Source: Ascoidea asiatica JCM 7603 (Eukaryota; Fungi; Ascomycota). From it: 64,000 nt of DNA. The translations under genes and the position numbers were made by a program. Of this stretch, positions 12,660-24,795 are shown piece by piece. The notes under the pieces are model-generated. The model was given only the letters and a program-made list of their open reading frames with translations. It made no database searches and was not told where the DNA came from. The DNA is taken from positions 1,199,184 to 1,263,183 of the forward strand of contig BCKQ01000002.1 of assembly GCA_001600695.1 (NCBI GenBank), written 5' to 3'. Position 1 is the first letter of the stretch. Every line of letters starts with the position of its first letter.

Positions 12660-13090
12660 CCAGCGCTGAATTAACTATTCATTCATTGTGTTGTTGAGTG
12701 TGGATTGCAATTTTTATGCTGTCGCTGGCTGCTGTCCCGTGGGCTCTCGCGGCTCCCGAAGGAGGCACGCACCAGCCATAGGCACCAGCCACATCGTAAA
12801 GCCACGCACCAGCCGTGAACCAGCCACCGCTGCTTTTCCGCTGTTGTTGCTATTGTGTATCCAAGGAAACACTTCCTGTAATAAAATGTCCATCGCGCTT
12901 TACTTTCTGCACCACCCACGCACATATACAGCAAGTCCAAAAATAGAACTACCAACTCGATGGATGCAATCAGCCACGTCTGACATAATAATATTTTAAA
13001 ACTGACTAATCGCACCATCCTCACCCTGGCCCATTATTTCCCTTTAAGGCTGCTGTTTCTGCTTGTTTTGACACTTCACCAACCTACCCA
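12660..13090. promoter_or_regulatory. GC-rich divergent promoter island with clustered ACCAGCC/CAGCCAC motifs
   Basis: ACCAGCC at 12771, 12784, 12808, 12819; CAGCCAC at 12786, 12821, 12971; lies between two divergent ATGs (11956 and 13356). Confidence 0.6.
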
Positions 13091-13355
13091 CTTTCAACTT
13101 CAACTTCCACTTCACTTTCACTTTCTTTTTCTTTTTCTTCTCTTTCTCCTTTTTCTTCTTTTTCTTCACTTTCTTCACTTTCTTCTTCTTTTGATGATTG
13201 AGGAATAAAAGAAGAATCATTAAAGATTAAAAGAACCAAGATCAAATATCAAATATCAAATATCAAAGGGTTGAATAACAGTCTTATAAACTATTCAACT
13301 TCTTTTATAAATAAACAAAATACAAAATACAATAAATGATAATATAATAATAAAA

Positions 13356-14087
13356 ATGAATTTTTTAAGTAAAAAAATTTTAAATACTTTTAATAATAAT
13401 AAAAATATTCCATATACATTTGAAGAAAAAATTTTATCAAATTTAACAATTGATAATAATTCAAATTCAATATTTAATATATATAATTCATTTAAAAAAA
13501 TTGATAATTTAAAAATTTCAAATTTTACAATTTTTGAATTTGATTTAAATAATCAATATTTAAAAAAAAATTATTATAATCAAATTAAAAATTCATTAAA
13601 AAAATTAAAATCAATAAAATTTCCTGGAATTTTACAAATTTTTGATTCTTTTGAAAATAATGATTATATTTTTATAATTACTGAAAATATTTTACCTTAT
13701 AATAATTTTACTTATAATTTATTAAATTCTTCTTCAAATGATTTAAATCCCAATAATAATAGTAATAATAATATTAATAATAATAGTAATAATAATATTA
13801 ATTCAAATATTGATATAAATTTGGAATTTTTTTATTTAAATATTTTCATATTATCAAATTCTTTAAATTTTATAAATAATCAAGTTAATTCAATTCATTC
13901 TAATTTTCTTTTAAATTCAATATATATTAATCAATCTGGTGAATTTAAATTATTTGGTTTTGATTATTTAACTAATTTAAATGATATAAATACTGAGAAT
14001 TCTTCATTTCAATTAAATTCTTCAAATTTATTAAATAATGATAATACCCAAAGACATCTTTTATCTCCAGATTTAATAAATCTATTA

Positions 14088-14126
<39 letters not shown>

Positions 14127-16331
14127 CAATTTTCTCATTTATCAAATTTAAAGATTCAATCTTTAAAAAAATTAGATTCTTTTAATTTAGCTATTTTAAT
14201 TCTTGATTATTTATCAATACTTTTAACTAATAAAAATTTATCATCATTAGATTTAAATAATATAAATTTCTCAAATTCAATTCAATTAAATAATTTTTTA
14301 AATAATATTCTTTTAAAAAAAAATAAAACTAACCAATCACTTTCATCAGATAATAAAAATAATTTATTAAAATTTATTAAAATTTTTAAAAATTTATTAT
14401 CTAAAAATTCAAATTTAAATTCAATTGAAATTTTTATAAAAAATTTTGAAAATTTAAATTTTTTTAAAAATTTATTATTAATTCAAAATTATATTTTTTT
14501 AAAAAAACAATTAACTTTATTAAATAATGATCAAATTTTAATTTTTTTATCAAATTTACCAAAAATTTTAAATTTAAATTCATTACCTTCAATTTCTAAT
14601 CCAATTATTTCAAATTATTTAACTTATAAAATTTTACCTGAATTAATTAATCTTTTTCATTTTAAATTTGATAATAATAATAATCAAATTCAAAATCAAG
14701 ACTTAAATCAATTTCCTCAATTAATTTCAACAATTTTATATTATATACTTTTATTATCAAAAGATTTAAATTTATCAAATTCAAATTTATATCAATCTTT
14801 AATAACTCCAATAATTTTATCATCTTTTAAATCAAATGATAGAACTATAAGAGTAACTTTATTAACATATTTAAATTTATATATAAAAAATTTATCAAGT
14901 TATGATATTTCAAATAAAATTTTTTTAAATTTAATTAATGGATTTCAAGATTCAAATAAAATTATAAGATTTGAAACTTTAAAATCAATTGAAATTTTTG
15001 CACCATTTTTATCTGATAGACAATTAAATAATGAATTATTAAAAAATTTAGCAAAATTACAAAATGATAATTTTAAAAAAATTAGAAAAGAAACAATATT
15101 AATTTTAGAAAAAATTTCAAAATATTTAAATAATTTAAATAAAATTAATATATTATTAATTGCTTTTAATAAAGGTTTAAAAGATGATTATATAAAAACT
15201 AAAATTCAAACATTAAATTCATTTAAAAATTTAATTGAAATTTTTAATCCAGAAATTTCAAGTAGTAAAATTTTATCATTAATTGCACCATTATTATTAG
15301 ATTCTTCAAAAAAAATTAGAAATGAAGCTGAATTAATTTTTAATTTATATTTAAATAAAATTAAAGAAGAATCTTTAAAATTATCAACTATTGATAATAA
15401 TAATAATGATATTAATAATGATAGTGAATTATCAGATAGTGATTTTGAAAATGAAATTGAAAATAATATTGAAAATGAAATTACAAATACAAATCTGAAT
15501 AATATTTTGAATAATAATAATATAAATAGTAATATGAATAATAATATGAATATAAGTTCCAATAATAATTCTAATATAAAAAGTAATATAAATATTAGTA
15601 TTAATGATAATAGTTTAACAAGTGGTATAAGTAAAATTGGATTAAATTTAGCATTAGGAGCATTTAATAAATTACTTAGTGAAGAATCACTTGATAATCA
15701 ATCAAATAATTCTATGAATACATCAATGAATAAAGCTGTAAATAATTTTAAGATTGATAATAATAATAATAATATAATAGTTAATAAATTAAGTGAAAAT
15801 TTAAATTCATTAAACATTTCTAATACTAAAGATGATATTCAAGAGGATATTCAAGAGGATAATCATGAAGACAATAAAGAAGATAAAGAAAATAATTCAT
15901 GGGATTTTGATATAAATGAAGATTTTAATAATGATTTTGATAATAATTTCAATGATTTTAATGATTTTAATGAAAAAGACAATAAAAAGGATAAGGATGA
16001 AATAAAGAGAATAAATTTTAATGATAAATGGAATTTAAGTGATAATAATAATATAATTAATAAAAAAGTGAATGTTAAACCAATAAAGGTGAATAGTAAT
16101 TTTGGAGCTAGAATTAATAGACCAATTTTAAATAAACCATCAAAGACAATGACAATATCCTCATTTGGATCAATAAAGAGTAATAAGAGTAATAAGAGTA
16201 ATAAGACAATAAATGTGAACAATAAGATTAGGAATAATAAAGTAGTACATGGATTACAATTAAAGAAGAGTAATAAGTATGAATTAAGTAATAAAGAAAG
16301 TGATTTAGATACTTGGGGAGATAATTGGTGA
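13356..16331 (+). CDS. CEX1: SCY1-like pseudokinase with HEAT repeats (Cex1)
   Basis: MNFLSK start, LKKLKSIKFPGILQ, IFIITENILP, SIYINQSGEFKLFGFD, FKSNDRTIRVTLL, LSDRQLNNELLKNLAKLQND, C-terminal W-rich acidic end (DTWGDNW). Confidence 0.88.
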
Positions 16332-16387
16332 ATTTATTTATTTAGTTTATTTAAGTTTATATAAAGTATGTAGATTGAGTATATAGG

Positions 16388-17047
16388 TTATAAAATAATA
16401 TTATCAATTAATCTAATATAATTTGAATTTGATTTATTTTTAACAAAAATTGCAACAGATAAAATTGCACCATTATTTTTATTTATTATTGTAAGATTAT
16501 TTAAATTTAATTTATCATTAAAAGAAATATAATCAATAATTAAATCTTTTGAGATTATATAAATATTTAAAAAATCTAACATTTTTTTAATTAAATCATT
16601 TGAATTTATTAAATTAAAATTTTTATCAAATTCATTAATATAAATATTTTGAATAAATTTTAAAGATTTAAAAATTATAGAAGCAAAATTTAATGAAATT
16701 TTATCAAAATATAAATTTCTTGAAGATAATGCAAGACCTGAATTTGGATCTCTTTTAATTGGAATTATAATTAAATTAATTGGATATAATAAATCTTTTA
16801 TTAAATTTTTTATTACAAAAGTTTGTTGAATATCTTTTTGACCAAAATAAACAAAATTTGGATTAATAATATTAAAAAATTTAGTTATAATAGTTGCAAC
16901 ACCTCTAAAGAAATTTGGTCTTGATTTACCTTCTAATTGTTCAGAAACTCCAATTACAGAAATAAATGAACCTTTTTGTTTATTAATTTCTAAAGGTATA
17001 CCAGATGGATACATTTCATTTACACTTGGAATAAAAATTACATCAAC

Positions 17048-17110
<63 letters not shown>

Positions 17111-17482
17111 TAAATTTATAATTTTTTTAATATCATTATTTAAAGTTTTTGGATAATTATTAAGATCTTCATTTGGAGAAAATTGAGAAGGATTTATAAA
17201 TATTGAAATTATAGTTTTATTATTATTTAATAATGAAGAATTTATTAAAGATAAATGACCATCATGTAAAGCACCCATTGTTGGTATAAAACCAACAGTT
17301 TTATTATCTAATAAACATGATAATCTCCATTTTCTAACTTCATCAATAGTTTTTAGAATTAAAGGATCATTTGAAGAATTTGAAATATTTGAAGGATTTG
17401 AAGAATCTGAAATATCTGAAATTTCGGGTATATTATTTGAAATATTATTTGAAATATCTTTTGATTCTTGTATTACAGTCAT
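16388..17482 (-). CDS. PAN6: Pantoate-beta-alanine ligase (pantothenate synthetase)
   Basis: GFIPTMGALHDGHLSL, SIFINPSQF, LEGKSRPNFFRGVAT, YFGQKDIQQ, GLALSSRN, RLIDN. Confidence 0.97.
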
Positions 17483-17897
17483 TATGAATTTTCATTTATT
17501 AAACTTATTGAATAAGAAGAAGAATATAAAAGATGAGAAAGAAGTAATTAAATGAATGGAATATCTTTAATTTATATCAAATGAAATAAAAGATTTGGGA
17601 AGTTAAAGAAATATAGAAATAGTTCAGTAATGATAACAGTGTAAACACTCGGCCGATGAGGTGAAATATTTAGAATTATCGAGTTGTTGTTTGTTCTCTT
17701 CGTCGTCGGAAGCGCGGTACGAGCAGATCACGAGCAGATCACGAACGAGCAGGACAGAAACAGAAACAGAAACAGAAACAGACAGCGAAAACAAGAAATG
17801 GTCAGGTGACACGCGCTTGTCATGTGATCAGGTAATCCGCAGCACGCGGATTACCATGGATGCAATTGGATTTGATACACTTATATCCTGGCCCGGC

Positions 17898-17931
17898 TTA
17901 CGTAATCTCCGCTGCCACGGTTGTTACGTAA
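17898..17931. promoter_or_regulatory. Two TTACGTAA bZIP (ATF/CREB/Yap-type) palindromes in the PAN6/MRPL20 divergent promoter
   Basis: TTACGTAATC at 17898 and 17924; the same 8-mer also at 46101 and 55250. Confidence 0.45.
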
Positions 17932-18011
17932 TCCTGCTGTTCCAATGAAAGTTTTGCAAACGAACAAAAAGAAGAAGAAGAAGAAGAAGAAGAAGAAGAG
18001 AAGAAGATAAT

Positions 18012-18120
18012 CCTGTTGGTTCTCCTGTTGGTGCTTTTGTTGTTTCTCTTGTTGTTTCTCTTGTTGTTTCTCTTGTTGATTCTCCTGTTGATACTCGTGT
18101 GGATGGTGTTGATGCTTCTC
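18012..18120. repeat. Degenerate 12-bp minisatellite (CTTGTTGTTTCT-like) next to a (GAA)n tract
   Basis: About 9 units with 12-nt period; (GAA)n at about 17970-18007. Confidence 0.8.
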
Positions 18121-18222
18121 TTGATTCAACTTATAAACTACTTCAATCACTCTCATATAATATAACTGAAATACCTGACAATTAAAAGTCATTAATAAAA
18201 TCATTAATAAAATCATTTAAAA

Positions 18223-18819
18223 ATGTTTTCAATTAAATTAATAAATTCAAATTTTATAAATTTAATAAATTTTAATCAAAAACGACTTTTATCAATTTCA
18301 AAAATATCATTTTCAAAACAATTTAAAATTCAATCTTTAAATCAATTTCCAAATAAATATAAAGGTAAAGCATCTAAATTTAAACCAGCAAATTTAAAAC
18401 CAGGTCTTTATAATATTAAATCTCCTTCAATATCTTCTCCAATTCAAGAAACTCCAAATGTTTTTTTACCTAAATCTGATCCACGTTATAATACAAATTT
18501 ACAATATTCAAATGATCAAATATTAAAATTTAAAACAATTGGTAATTCAAAAGAAAAAATTTATAATTTAAATAATGAACAAATTAAAGAAATTAAATTT
18601 TTAAGAAATTTAAATCCAAATAAATTTAATAGAAATTATCTCTCAAAAAAATTTAATTGTTCTTCTTTTTTTATATCTTTAATTTCAAAAAATTCTTTAA
18701 AAAGGTATAATCAAATGAAATTAAATTTAAATAAAATTAAAAATTCATGGGGTAAAAATAAATTAATTTCAAAACAAAATAAATTAAAAAGAAATAAACT
18801 TATATATCGTGATCTATAA
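18223..18819 (+). CDS. MRPL20: Mitochondrial ribosomal protein mL58 (MrpL20)
   Basis: Presequence-like N-terminus; PGLY..PS...ETPNVFLPKSDPR; YNLNNEQIKEIKFLRNLNPNKFNRNYLSKKFNCSSFFISLI. Confidence 0.88.
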   Translation: MFSIKLINSNFINLINFNQKRLLSISKISFSKQFKIQSLNQFPNKYKGKASKFKPANLKPGLYNIKSPSISSPIQETPNVFLPKSDPRYNTNLQYSNDQILKFKTIGNSKEKIYNLNNEQIKEIKFLRNLNPNKFNRNYLSKKFNCSSFFISLISKNSLKRYNQMKLNLNKIKNSWGKNKLISKQNKLKRNKLIYRDL

Positions 18820-18908
18820 TTTCAATCACTCTATATTCATTTATTATTATATAATCATTACTTGTATATATCATATAATATAATATAATATAATATAATA
18901 TTACTTGA

Positions 18909-21824
18909 TCATTTTGTAACTTCTTTATATTTTCGTTTGTTAGTATTATTATTCTTATTAATATTCTTATTAATATTATTCATTTTCAATTTACTCTTAC
19001 CTTTATTAATCTTTTTATTATCATTCTCATTAATTTCAATTTCTGATTCTTTTTTCTCTTCTTCAAAAAATTTTGGTAAATATCTAAAAATCTTTTTTTG
19101 TTCTCCAATATTCTTATATCTCACAATCATTCCATCAAATCCATATATAATCTCCATTTCATTCTCATCCTCTTTCTCTTTCTCTTTCTCTTTTTCCTGA
19201 AATAATGGTAATGGTAATTTAGGATACCTTTGACTAAAATGTGTTAAAATTAATTTCTCAATTTTCATAACTTTTCCAATATTTATAGCTTCATTAATTG
19301 TACTATGTTTTTTTTTAATTGCTTCAATTCTTAATTCATCTTCAAATGTTGATTCATGAATTAATAAATTACTTTTATATCCAATTTTTTTACTAAAATT
19401 TTTAAAATTTGGTCTTGTATCTCCTGAATAACTAAATTTTATTATAATTTTTTCAAAATTAATTAAATTTAAATTTAAATTTAAATTTTTAATCTCAATT
19501 GATATTGAATATGATGATAAACAATGAATTGCTTTACATGTTTTTATACTTTTTAAACTTAATTCTTCATATAAATCTTGTAAAATTTCAATTTTTTTAA
19601 AATTCATTAAACTTATATCCATCTCACTTACATTATCATTATCATTATCTTCTTCAATATCACTTACTTCAGAATCAAGAATATTAAATTCATTTTGTTT
19701 AATAATTGGATACTTTTTTTCATTAATTAAAAATTCATCATTATTTAAAAAAATTATTTCATTATTTAAATATTTCTCTTCATTTCTTTCAATTTCATTC
19801 CATTCTTTTAAAAAATTTTCATATTGCCATGGTCCAATTATATATAACTTATTCTTATTATAACTTTCATTATTACATAAATGCCATTCATTAATTAATG
19901 AAATTATACCAAGATGATGATCTGCATGTAAATGACTTAAAAAAATTAATTTCAATTCTTTAAATATTCTCTTAATATATTTTTTTTTATAAAAAATTCT
20001 TTTAATTGTACCAATTGTATTTTCTCCTGCATCTAAAATTATAATCTCAAATTTAATTTTATTATTTTTAATTATTGGAATTCTTAATAATGTTGAAATT
20101 ACATTTCTATGTTTTGAAGGTAATGCACTACCTGTACCTAAAGTAATAATTTGAACTTCATTACGTAATTTTAATTCAATATCTTCTTCTTGTAAATTAA
20201 TATCTTTTAATGAATTTGGAATTTTAAAAAAATCTTCTAAAATTTTTTCATCATTTAATAATATTTCATCTTTATTAATTTCCTTTTTAATATTTTCATC
20301 CATATCTTCATCCATATCTTCATTTATTTCTTTCACTATTTTTTCAATTTTTTCATCATAAAGTTTTGAAAAATAATCTTTATCTTCATTTTCAATTAAT
20401 TTTTTTTCATTATTTTCTTCAATAATATATTCTCCTGCAGAAATTAAAAAATTTTGTTGAGAAATTAATGGTATAATATTTTTATTATTATTATTATAAT
20501 CATTACTAATTAATTTATTATAATCATTATTAAAATATGGTAAACAATAATTTTCATTTGATACAGTTTTTAATTTTAAAGTTACTAATGAACCACTTTT
20601 AAAAACTAAACTATTTGGTACATAATCTTTATGAGATATAATATGTTTAACATTTTTTGAAAATTTATTATAAAATTCAATTAAATTTAAACATAATGGA
20701 TTTATATCATCACCAAGAAAATAATAAATTAAACCAATTTCTTCAATTTTTTGATTATCATTATTAATTTTATTATTAAACCATTCTTTATTATTTAAAG
20801 TATTTAATAAATAATTATTTGAAGGTATATGAATTATTAAAATTTTTTTATATTCTCTATTTTCAGAAATTACATCATTTGGATTAATAATTGTACCATC
20901 TTTTAAAGTTATTGAAATACCATTTGTAAGTTTTGCAAATAATGGACCTTTTGGTATATTTAATTCTTCTGCTTTTTTAATATTAAATCTACCTCTAATT
21001 GGATTAATTTGAATAATATATGAAGTTGAAGAATTAAAAGAATTTTTATTTAAATTTGGTAATTTTATATTTACAAAAGGTGCAAGTAATTTTGAACCAA
21101 CTTCACTTTCAGGTGTAATTGAATCATTTGATGGAAACATTTTTGAAATAATTTTTTGTAATCTAAATTTTATTTTTTTATGATCAGATTCATTATTAAT
21201 TAAAGATAATTCATTATTTTCTTTATTAGAATTTTTTAAATCAATATTTGGTAAAATTTTTATTGATTTCACAGTTATTAAATCATCTTTAAAAATTTGA
21301 TTATTATTTAAAGTATTAATTTTTAAATTTGAACCTTTTCTAAAAATAAAATATCTCCAAGTTGAACAAATATAATCTAATAAAGAATTACCATGAAATA
21401 TTTGAATATTTTGATTACCTTGATCACTTGCAGTTAATATTAAACCTGGAATACCACCAATTGATTCCCAATTTAAAATTCCTGTTAAAAATGTTGCTTT
21501 TAATTTATTACTACCAAATTTTATTTTATTTTCTGTAAATGCTCTTTGACAACCTTCAGGTATTTGACCAAATAAATATTTGTTACCTAGATTTGTAGCT
21601 GATAAAATAATTAATGGTTTAGTTGTATCACTTGTTGGATTTAAAGCAGTTGTTATTGAATACATTGTATTATTATTATTATTATTATTTGCTAATGATA
21701 TTCTTCCAGAATGAAAAAAAAATAGACCTATTTTATTTATTGCAGGAGAAGGAAAAAAACCTCCTTGGGGTTTGACTGCAGATGAAAATCGAAAGAGAAA
21801 AGACGACAATGCGAAACTTCTCAA
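18909..21824 (-). CDS. TRZ1: tRNase Z long form; first ATG at 21665, in-frame TTG-initiated 53-aa extension from 21824
   Basis: YLFGQIPEGCQR, GGIPGLILT, GP-motif exosite (IPKGPLFAKL), LGTGSALPSKHRNV, LDAGENT, SHLHADHHLG, YSGDTRP, HEST, KKHST, LTHFSQRYPK. Confidence 0.97.
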   Translation of the reverse strand: MRSFALSSFLFRFSSAVKPQGGFFPSPAINKIGLFFFHSGRISLANNNNNNNTMYSITTALNPTSDTTKPLIILSATNLGNKYLFGQIPEGCQRAFTENKIKFGSNKLKATFLTGILNWESIGGIPGLILTASDQGNQNIQIFHGNSLLDYICSTWRYFIFRKGSNLKINTLNNNQIFKDDLITVKSIKILPNIDLKNSNKENNELSLINNESDHKKIKFRLQKIISKMFPSNDSITPESEVGSKLLAPFVNIKLPNLNKNSFNSSTSYIIQINPIRGRFNIKKAEELNIPKGPLFAKLTNGISITLKDGTIINPNDVISENREYKKILIIHIPSNNYLLNTLNNKEWFNNKINNDNQKIEEIGLIYYFLGDDINPLCLNLIEFYNKFSKNVKHIISHKDYVPNSLVFKSGSLVTLKLKTVSNENYCLPYFNNDYNKLISNDYNNNNKNIIPLISQQNFLISAGEYIIEENNEKKLIENEDKDYFSKLYDEKIEKIVKEINEDMDEDMDENIKKEINKDEILLNDEKILEDFFKIPNSLKDINLQEEDIELKLRNEVQIITLGTGSALPSKHRNVISTLLRIPIIKNNKIKFEIIILDAGENTIGTIKRIFYKKKYIKRIFKELKLIFLSHLHADHHLGIISLINEWHLCNNESYNKNKLYIIGPWQYENFLKEWNEIERNEEKYLNNEIIFLNNDEFLINEKKYPIIKQNEFNILDSEVSDIEEDNDNDNVSEMDISLMNFKKIEILQDLYEELSLKSIKTCKAIHCLSSYSISIEIKNLNLNLNLINFEKIIIKFSYSGDTRPNFKNFSKKIGYKSNLLIHESTFEDELRIEAIKKKHSTINEAINIGKVMKIEKLILTHFSQRYPKLPLPLFQEKEKEKEKEDENEMEIIYGFDGMIVRYKNIGEQKKIFRYLPKFFEEEKKESEIEINENDNKKINKGKSKLKMNNINKNINKNNNTNKRKYKEVTK

Positions 21825-22309
21825 CTTGATTAATCACTCCTATCATCAGATTGATATATTGGAGTTTATATATTAATCTAATCAATCAATATTCAAATTA
21901 AGTTAAATCGATTAATTTCTCCATCTTTTCATTATTTTAATATTTTCTTCCATTTTGAAATTTTAATGGTTTTTTTTTTCGAATTTTTGAAAATGAAAAA
22001 TTGAATCCAGATCTGAGGGTCTTTTCACCGGATTGAAACTTACCGTAGCCCAGGTTGCTAGTTCCAACTGTTTAGACTCATCCACCGCTGGCCATGGATT
22101 TTAACGGACACGGACCCTCCCTCCAGTTTTACTGCACAGTGGAAAAAGAATAAAAACAACGGCAGCGAGTGAGGCTGCGACTGCGACTGCGACTGATAAA
22201 TCTGAAGGAGTCTCAAGAAGCAGAAACAGCAGAATCATCATCAAAAAGAAGGATGGTCTGAAAAACAGCACTGAGCAACACCAAATTCATCTACTTCAGT
22301 CACTTCACA

Positions 22310-24671
22310 ATGTCCTCCAAGAAGACAACGCCAGTGAATAATCTTGTATGTATGGTTTATCCCTCATTTATCTGCGCTTTTCAAGCCAGATATCTAATCT
22401 ATTCTATTCTATTATATTCTGATCTCTTTTGATAAGAAAATATTCATTGTTTACTACTTACTGGTCTAGAATACTAACTTTTTTATTTATCAATTAATTA
22501 TCCAATATGTTTTATATTATGTTAAGGAGATGACTCAAGTTTGTATGTTTATTTACTTTATTTCAATTTATTTTATCTCGTTTTTTGAAGTAGAGAATAC
22601 TAACAGTTTTTTAAATCTTTAGATCAAAATGAATTCGTTTTTTCAGATGGTGGTGGCAGAGGAACTTCTATAACATCATTTGTGAAAAATTTATCAAAAT
22701 CTGCCAGCACTAGTTATTATAAGACGAAGAAGAAAGAACCAGTAACAGCGTATGTTTAAAATATCTTTAATCTTTTTTCAATTTGTTTTTCTTTTGTCTT
22801 GGAATTTTTTCTAACTTATTTTTTTTTTTTTTTTTTTTTTTTAATTTTCATTTCTTTTAAGTGATGATCCAAAAATCATAGGCGCTTCATTTTCTCATGG
22901 ACTTTTTCCAAATAATAATAATAATGATGGAAATTTAATTTCAAATTCAAATAAATCAACAAAATCAGTTTCTCCAAAACCTTCTTTTCATAGACATTCA
23001 GATTCTTCATCAAAAATTTATTCAATTTATCATAATAGTCAAAAAAGATCTAAATATTTAGCAGAATTAGATGATGATGATTGGGATGCAAATGTTGAAA
23101 AAACTTTTTCTTCAATAAGTTTAACTGATCCTATTTTAAAAGATAATTCCCCTGATAATATCAATATAAATTATAATAATAATAGTAATAATAATATAAG
23201 AATTTCAGTTCTGAATGATAGTTATAATGATTCTGATATAAATGATATAAGTAATAATAATATTAATACTAGTATCATTAGTGATAATAATATTCATACC
23301 AATACAAATACCAATACCAATTACAATTACAATTCAAATACCGATAATAATAATAATCATAATAATAATAATATCAGTAATCTGAATATAAATGATAATA
23401 TATATAATAACAATAACAGTAAATCTCCTAAAACCGAATTATTATCAAGTTCAAATATAAATAAAGATGAAAATCAATTATATCCAGATTTAGATTTAAC
23501 TTTATCATCACCAAAAAAATATGGTATAAAATCAAATTATAAATCAATAATCTTAGATCCAAGAAGTGATTTATATTCAATGATGTATCCATCTTCTTTA
23601 ATAAATTCTTCAAGATTAATTATAAATACAACATTTCATTTACAATCTGATGCTCAAAATGAAGAAATTAAAGCAGTTTTATCAAGATTTAATAAATTTA
23701 AACAAATTTTATTAACTTCAAATTCAAATATTGATTTAATTAATTTAAAAAAATTAACTTGGAATGGTATTCCAATGGAATTTAGATCGATATCTTGGCA
23801 ATTATTACTTGGTTATTTACCAATAAATAATGATAGAAGATTATCAATATTAAAAAGAAAAAGAAAAGAATATTTAGATAGTATTAATCAATTATTTAAT
23901 AATCCAAAAAATGAAAAAGATCAAACAACTTGGCATCAAATTTCAATTGATGTACCAAGAACAAATCCTCATATAAAATTATATTCATATTCAATAATTC
24001 AAAGATCTTTAGAAAGAATACTTTATTTATGGTCTGTTAGACATCCTGCAAGTGGTTATGTACAAGGAATAAATGATTTATCAACACCTTTTTTTCAAAT
24101 TTTTTTATCAAATTATATTAATATTGATGATAATAAAAATTCTATAGAAAATTTTAATCCAACAAATTTATCAAAAGAAATTTTAGATGTTGTTGAAGCT
24201 GATACATTTTGGTGTTTAACAAAATTATTAGATTCAATTCAAGATAATTATATTCATGCACAACCTGGGATTATAAGACAAGTTAATGAATTAAAAGATT
24301 TAATTTATAGAATTGATATTGAATTAGCAAATCATTTAGAAAATGAAAATATTGAATTTTTACAATTTTCTTTTAGATGGATGAATTGTCTTTTAATGAG
24401 AGAAATTTCAATTAATAATGTTATTAGAGTGTGGGATACATATTTAACAGAAGGTACAAATGGATTTAGTGAATTTCATATATATGTTTGTGCAGCATTT
24501 TTAGTTAAATGGAGTGAACAATTAAAAATGATGGAATTTCAAGAAATTATGATGTTTTTACAAAATCCTCCAACAAAAAATTGGACAGAAGAAGATATTG
24601 GAGTTTTATTAAGTGAAGCATATGTTTGGCAAAGTTTATATAAAAATGCATCAGCACATTTAACTAGATGA
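22310..24671 (+). CDS. GYP1: TBC-domain Rab GAP Gyp1; exons 22310-22345, 22527-22542, 22623-22749, 22862-24671
   Basis: WNGIP..R...WQLLLGYLP, QISIDVPRT, HPASGYVQGINDL, QFSFRWMNCLLMRE; three GTATGT donors (22346, 22543, 22750) with TACTAAC/TACTAAC/TTCTAAC branches give one continuous frame into the 23580 ORF. Confidence 0.92.
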
Positions 24672-24795
24672 ATAATTAAATAAAAAATAAAAATTAAAAA
24701 CATAAGTAAAATTATTTAATCTTGTTGTTATTGTTGTTTTTTTTTTTTTTTTAGTTAAGGATTGATTATAATTAAAAATTATTATATGTTTATTA

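Noticed and set aside
12683-13024. Overlapping ORFs in GC-rich islands (also 17624-17948, 51674-51952, 57194-57831)
   Set aside because: Open on both strands because stop codons are rare in GC-rich DNA; mostly non-ATG starts and codon usage unlike the real genes; better explained as promoters
15206-16222. Antisense and alternate-frame ORFs inside long genes (also within SCM3, TRZ1, 46522, 61632)
   Set aside because: Shadow frames produced by AAT/GAA-biased codons
17881-18216. ORF with QQEK repeats
   Set aside because: Product of a 12-bp minisatellite plus a (GAA)n tract in a divergent promoter
22038-22100. GTAAGT on the minus strand as donor of an upstream TRZ1 exon
   Set aside because: Both upstream ATGs hit stops before the donor and no CTAAC branch lies near the candidate acceptor
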